A model generated the notes under the pieces. It did no database searches. It had not been told where the DNA came from and was given only the letters and a program-made list of their open reading frames with translations. This document shows, one piece after another, positions 62,362 through 64,000 of a DNA stretch of 64,000 nt. The position numbers were made by a program, and so were the translations under genes. Each line of letters begins with the position of its first letter. Position 1 is the first letter of the stretch. Origin of the DNA: Takakia lepidozioides (taxonomy: Eukaryota; Plantae; Bryophyta); assembly GCA_030704615.1 (NCBI GenBank), contig CM060733.1, positions 63,984,001 to 64,048,000 of the forward strand, read 5' to 3'.

Positions 62362-63800
62362 TTTTTTTTTTTTTTTTTAAAGAAAGGGAGTGGAGCCCTG
62401 TTTCTCAAATTAAAGAACGAGGAAAAATAACCTCATGAAGGGCCATAAGACACAACAGTTGGGGTGGGGTGGGGGACCCTCCCAGAGCACCACGATGGGT
62501 AGCCAAATAACCACTCATGGTTCACTGAAGAAAACACCTGGTAAGAACCAGACACTGTAAAGAACTGCCAGGGCATAAATATAAGAAATTAACTCTGCCA
62601 TCTATGCCTTGTGGCCAAAAGCGAACCTGCAACGAAAGCGAGCTTTGAGGAGAAAGCAGATCTAGAGGACAGGTCTAGAATACAACAAGGAGGAATAGGA
62701 AAGATAACGCTTGGATCTAAGGGCCTCAAAATTGAGGTGGGCCTTAATCTTCGAATTCCTATTCTTCCTATGCTTCCAGTTAATATCTTCTTCAAAGTCA
62801 TGATGAGGAGAGGGCCAGGGGCTGGAGGGGCCACCATTGGTTGGGGACCGCAGGATGGAAAGAGCATTTGTCTCCGCTTCTGGTGCAGATGATGCTTCGC
62901 CAACCCCAGGAGGAATCGAATTCTTGAAGTAACATGGTCCGTTTCTCTTAAGAACATCTGCAAAGAGTTGCAAGCACAACACCCTAAGCCTTTTTCCCCT
63001 CAACCCAAAGATCAAAAAAGATCTTCCTTAGCACCAATTTCAAGCAGGGGAATTCACCGTCATACCACTTAGCACATCGAGCCTTCCATATGTGCCAAAG
63101 AGCTAAAGCACAAATGGTAGACCAGACTTGGAAAGTGAATGGAAAGTGAGTTAGAATTCACAACTTTCCAATGAGCATAGAAAGCTCTAATTTTTGACCA
63201 TACTGTCACAGCAAAATAGCACTGAAAGAGAGCATGCTCCAGGGTTTCCACTTCCTGGGCTGGACACATTTTGCAGCAGAGGGGGGATCAGAAGTATAGG
63301 CTCCAAACGGAAGGATCCTATGGGCAAGTCTCCAAAGAAAGCCCGAGTCTTTTGCTGAGCGGTGTTTTAGCCAGATGTCTTTCCAAACTGCTACCCAGTC
63401 TTGCACCTTTCTGCAAGACAACTTGCCACTTTTGGTCCCATTTCCTAGTCAAAGGATGAGAAGGATGCAACATAGAGTAACCAAGCTTGGCCGTGTAAGC
63501 AAATAATGGATCCTTCTTCCTAGAGATCCACTTCCATTCACCAGGGTCAAAAGGCAAGTCAACCAGCGGTTTACACTCAAACCAGAGAAGGTCACACCTT
63601 TGATAGCCAATCTTTCCATCCTTTCAGCGGGGGCTTTGGATCCACACTGCCCGAGGAAGAGGTCAATCACTCTGATTCGAAACAAGAGGTTTCTTGGAAT
63701 GACAACCAATTCTGGCAGAGGGGAAAGCCTACCCCTCACATGGATTTGGGTTATTATAAACATGGAGGTAAATGCGGTTTGTCCCTGGGATATCAATGAC
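62362..63800 (-). mobile_element. L1-like LINE 3' end with poly(A) tail
   Basis: zf-RVT GFLWRLAHRILP..ETLEHALFQC; T run at 62362-62378; related to the 53690-54960 fragment. Confidence 0.85.
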
Positions 63801-64000
63801 TACACATCATCGTCATCGGAAGAGCAGGAGGGGGTTATGTATGGACATAGTTCCAGCAGCACGAGGTGTCAGTCGGGTTCTGCTACGTAGTAATGGTTTC
63901 AAAGGGCAGATGTGCGCAGGCAGATCCGTTGATCCAATGCAATAATAAACGGAGCACGGCAGGAGAATGTCCTGGGCATCATTGCAGAATTGCTCCAAGC

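Overview
Transposon-dense eukaryotic DNA, most likely from a non-seed land plant (PLS-class PPR motifs, spliced DUF789 gene, COG3 homology; the lineage is inferred). One intact-looking host gene is present (DUF789 family, 56286-59098). The rest is nested TEs and pseudogenes: L1-like LINEs, two Copia elements, CACTA fragments, MITEs, a degenerate Gypsy with a dUTPase-like domain, and an intronless COG3 pseudogene fused to tandem PPR repeats. The standout is an 11.8-kb Ty3/Gypsy element (4360-16165) inserted into a LINE with a 4-bp TSD (TTGT). It encodes a DNMT3-like C5 cytosine methyltransferase between protease and RT and a PHD finger after integrase. Its ends are split direct repeats (A-internal-B-A-B) rather than normal LTRs, which looks like a 2-LTR circle opened at an internal CA-gc-TG palindrome. 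It has no tRNA PBS; instead a 15-nt site is complementary to a hairpin loop in its own repeat, suggesting self-priming. All calls were made by eye from motifs; no searches were run.
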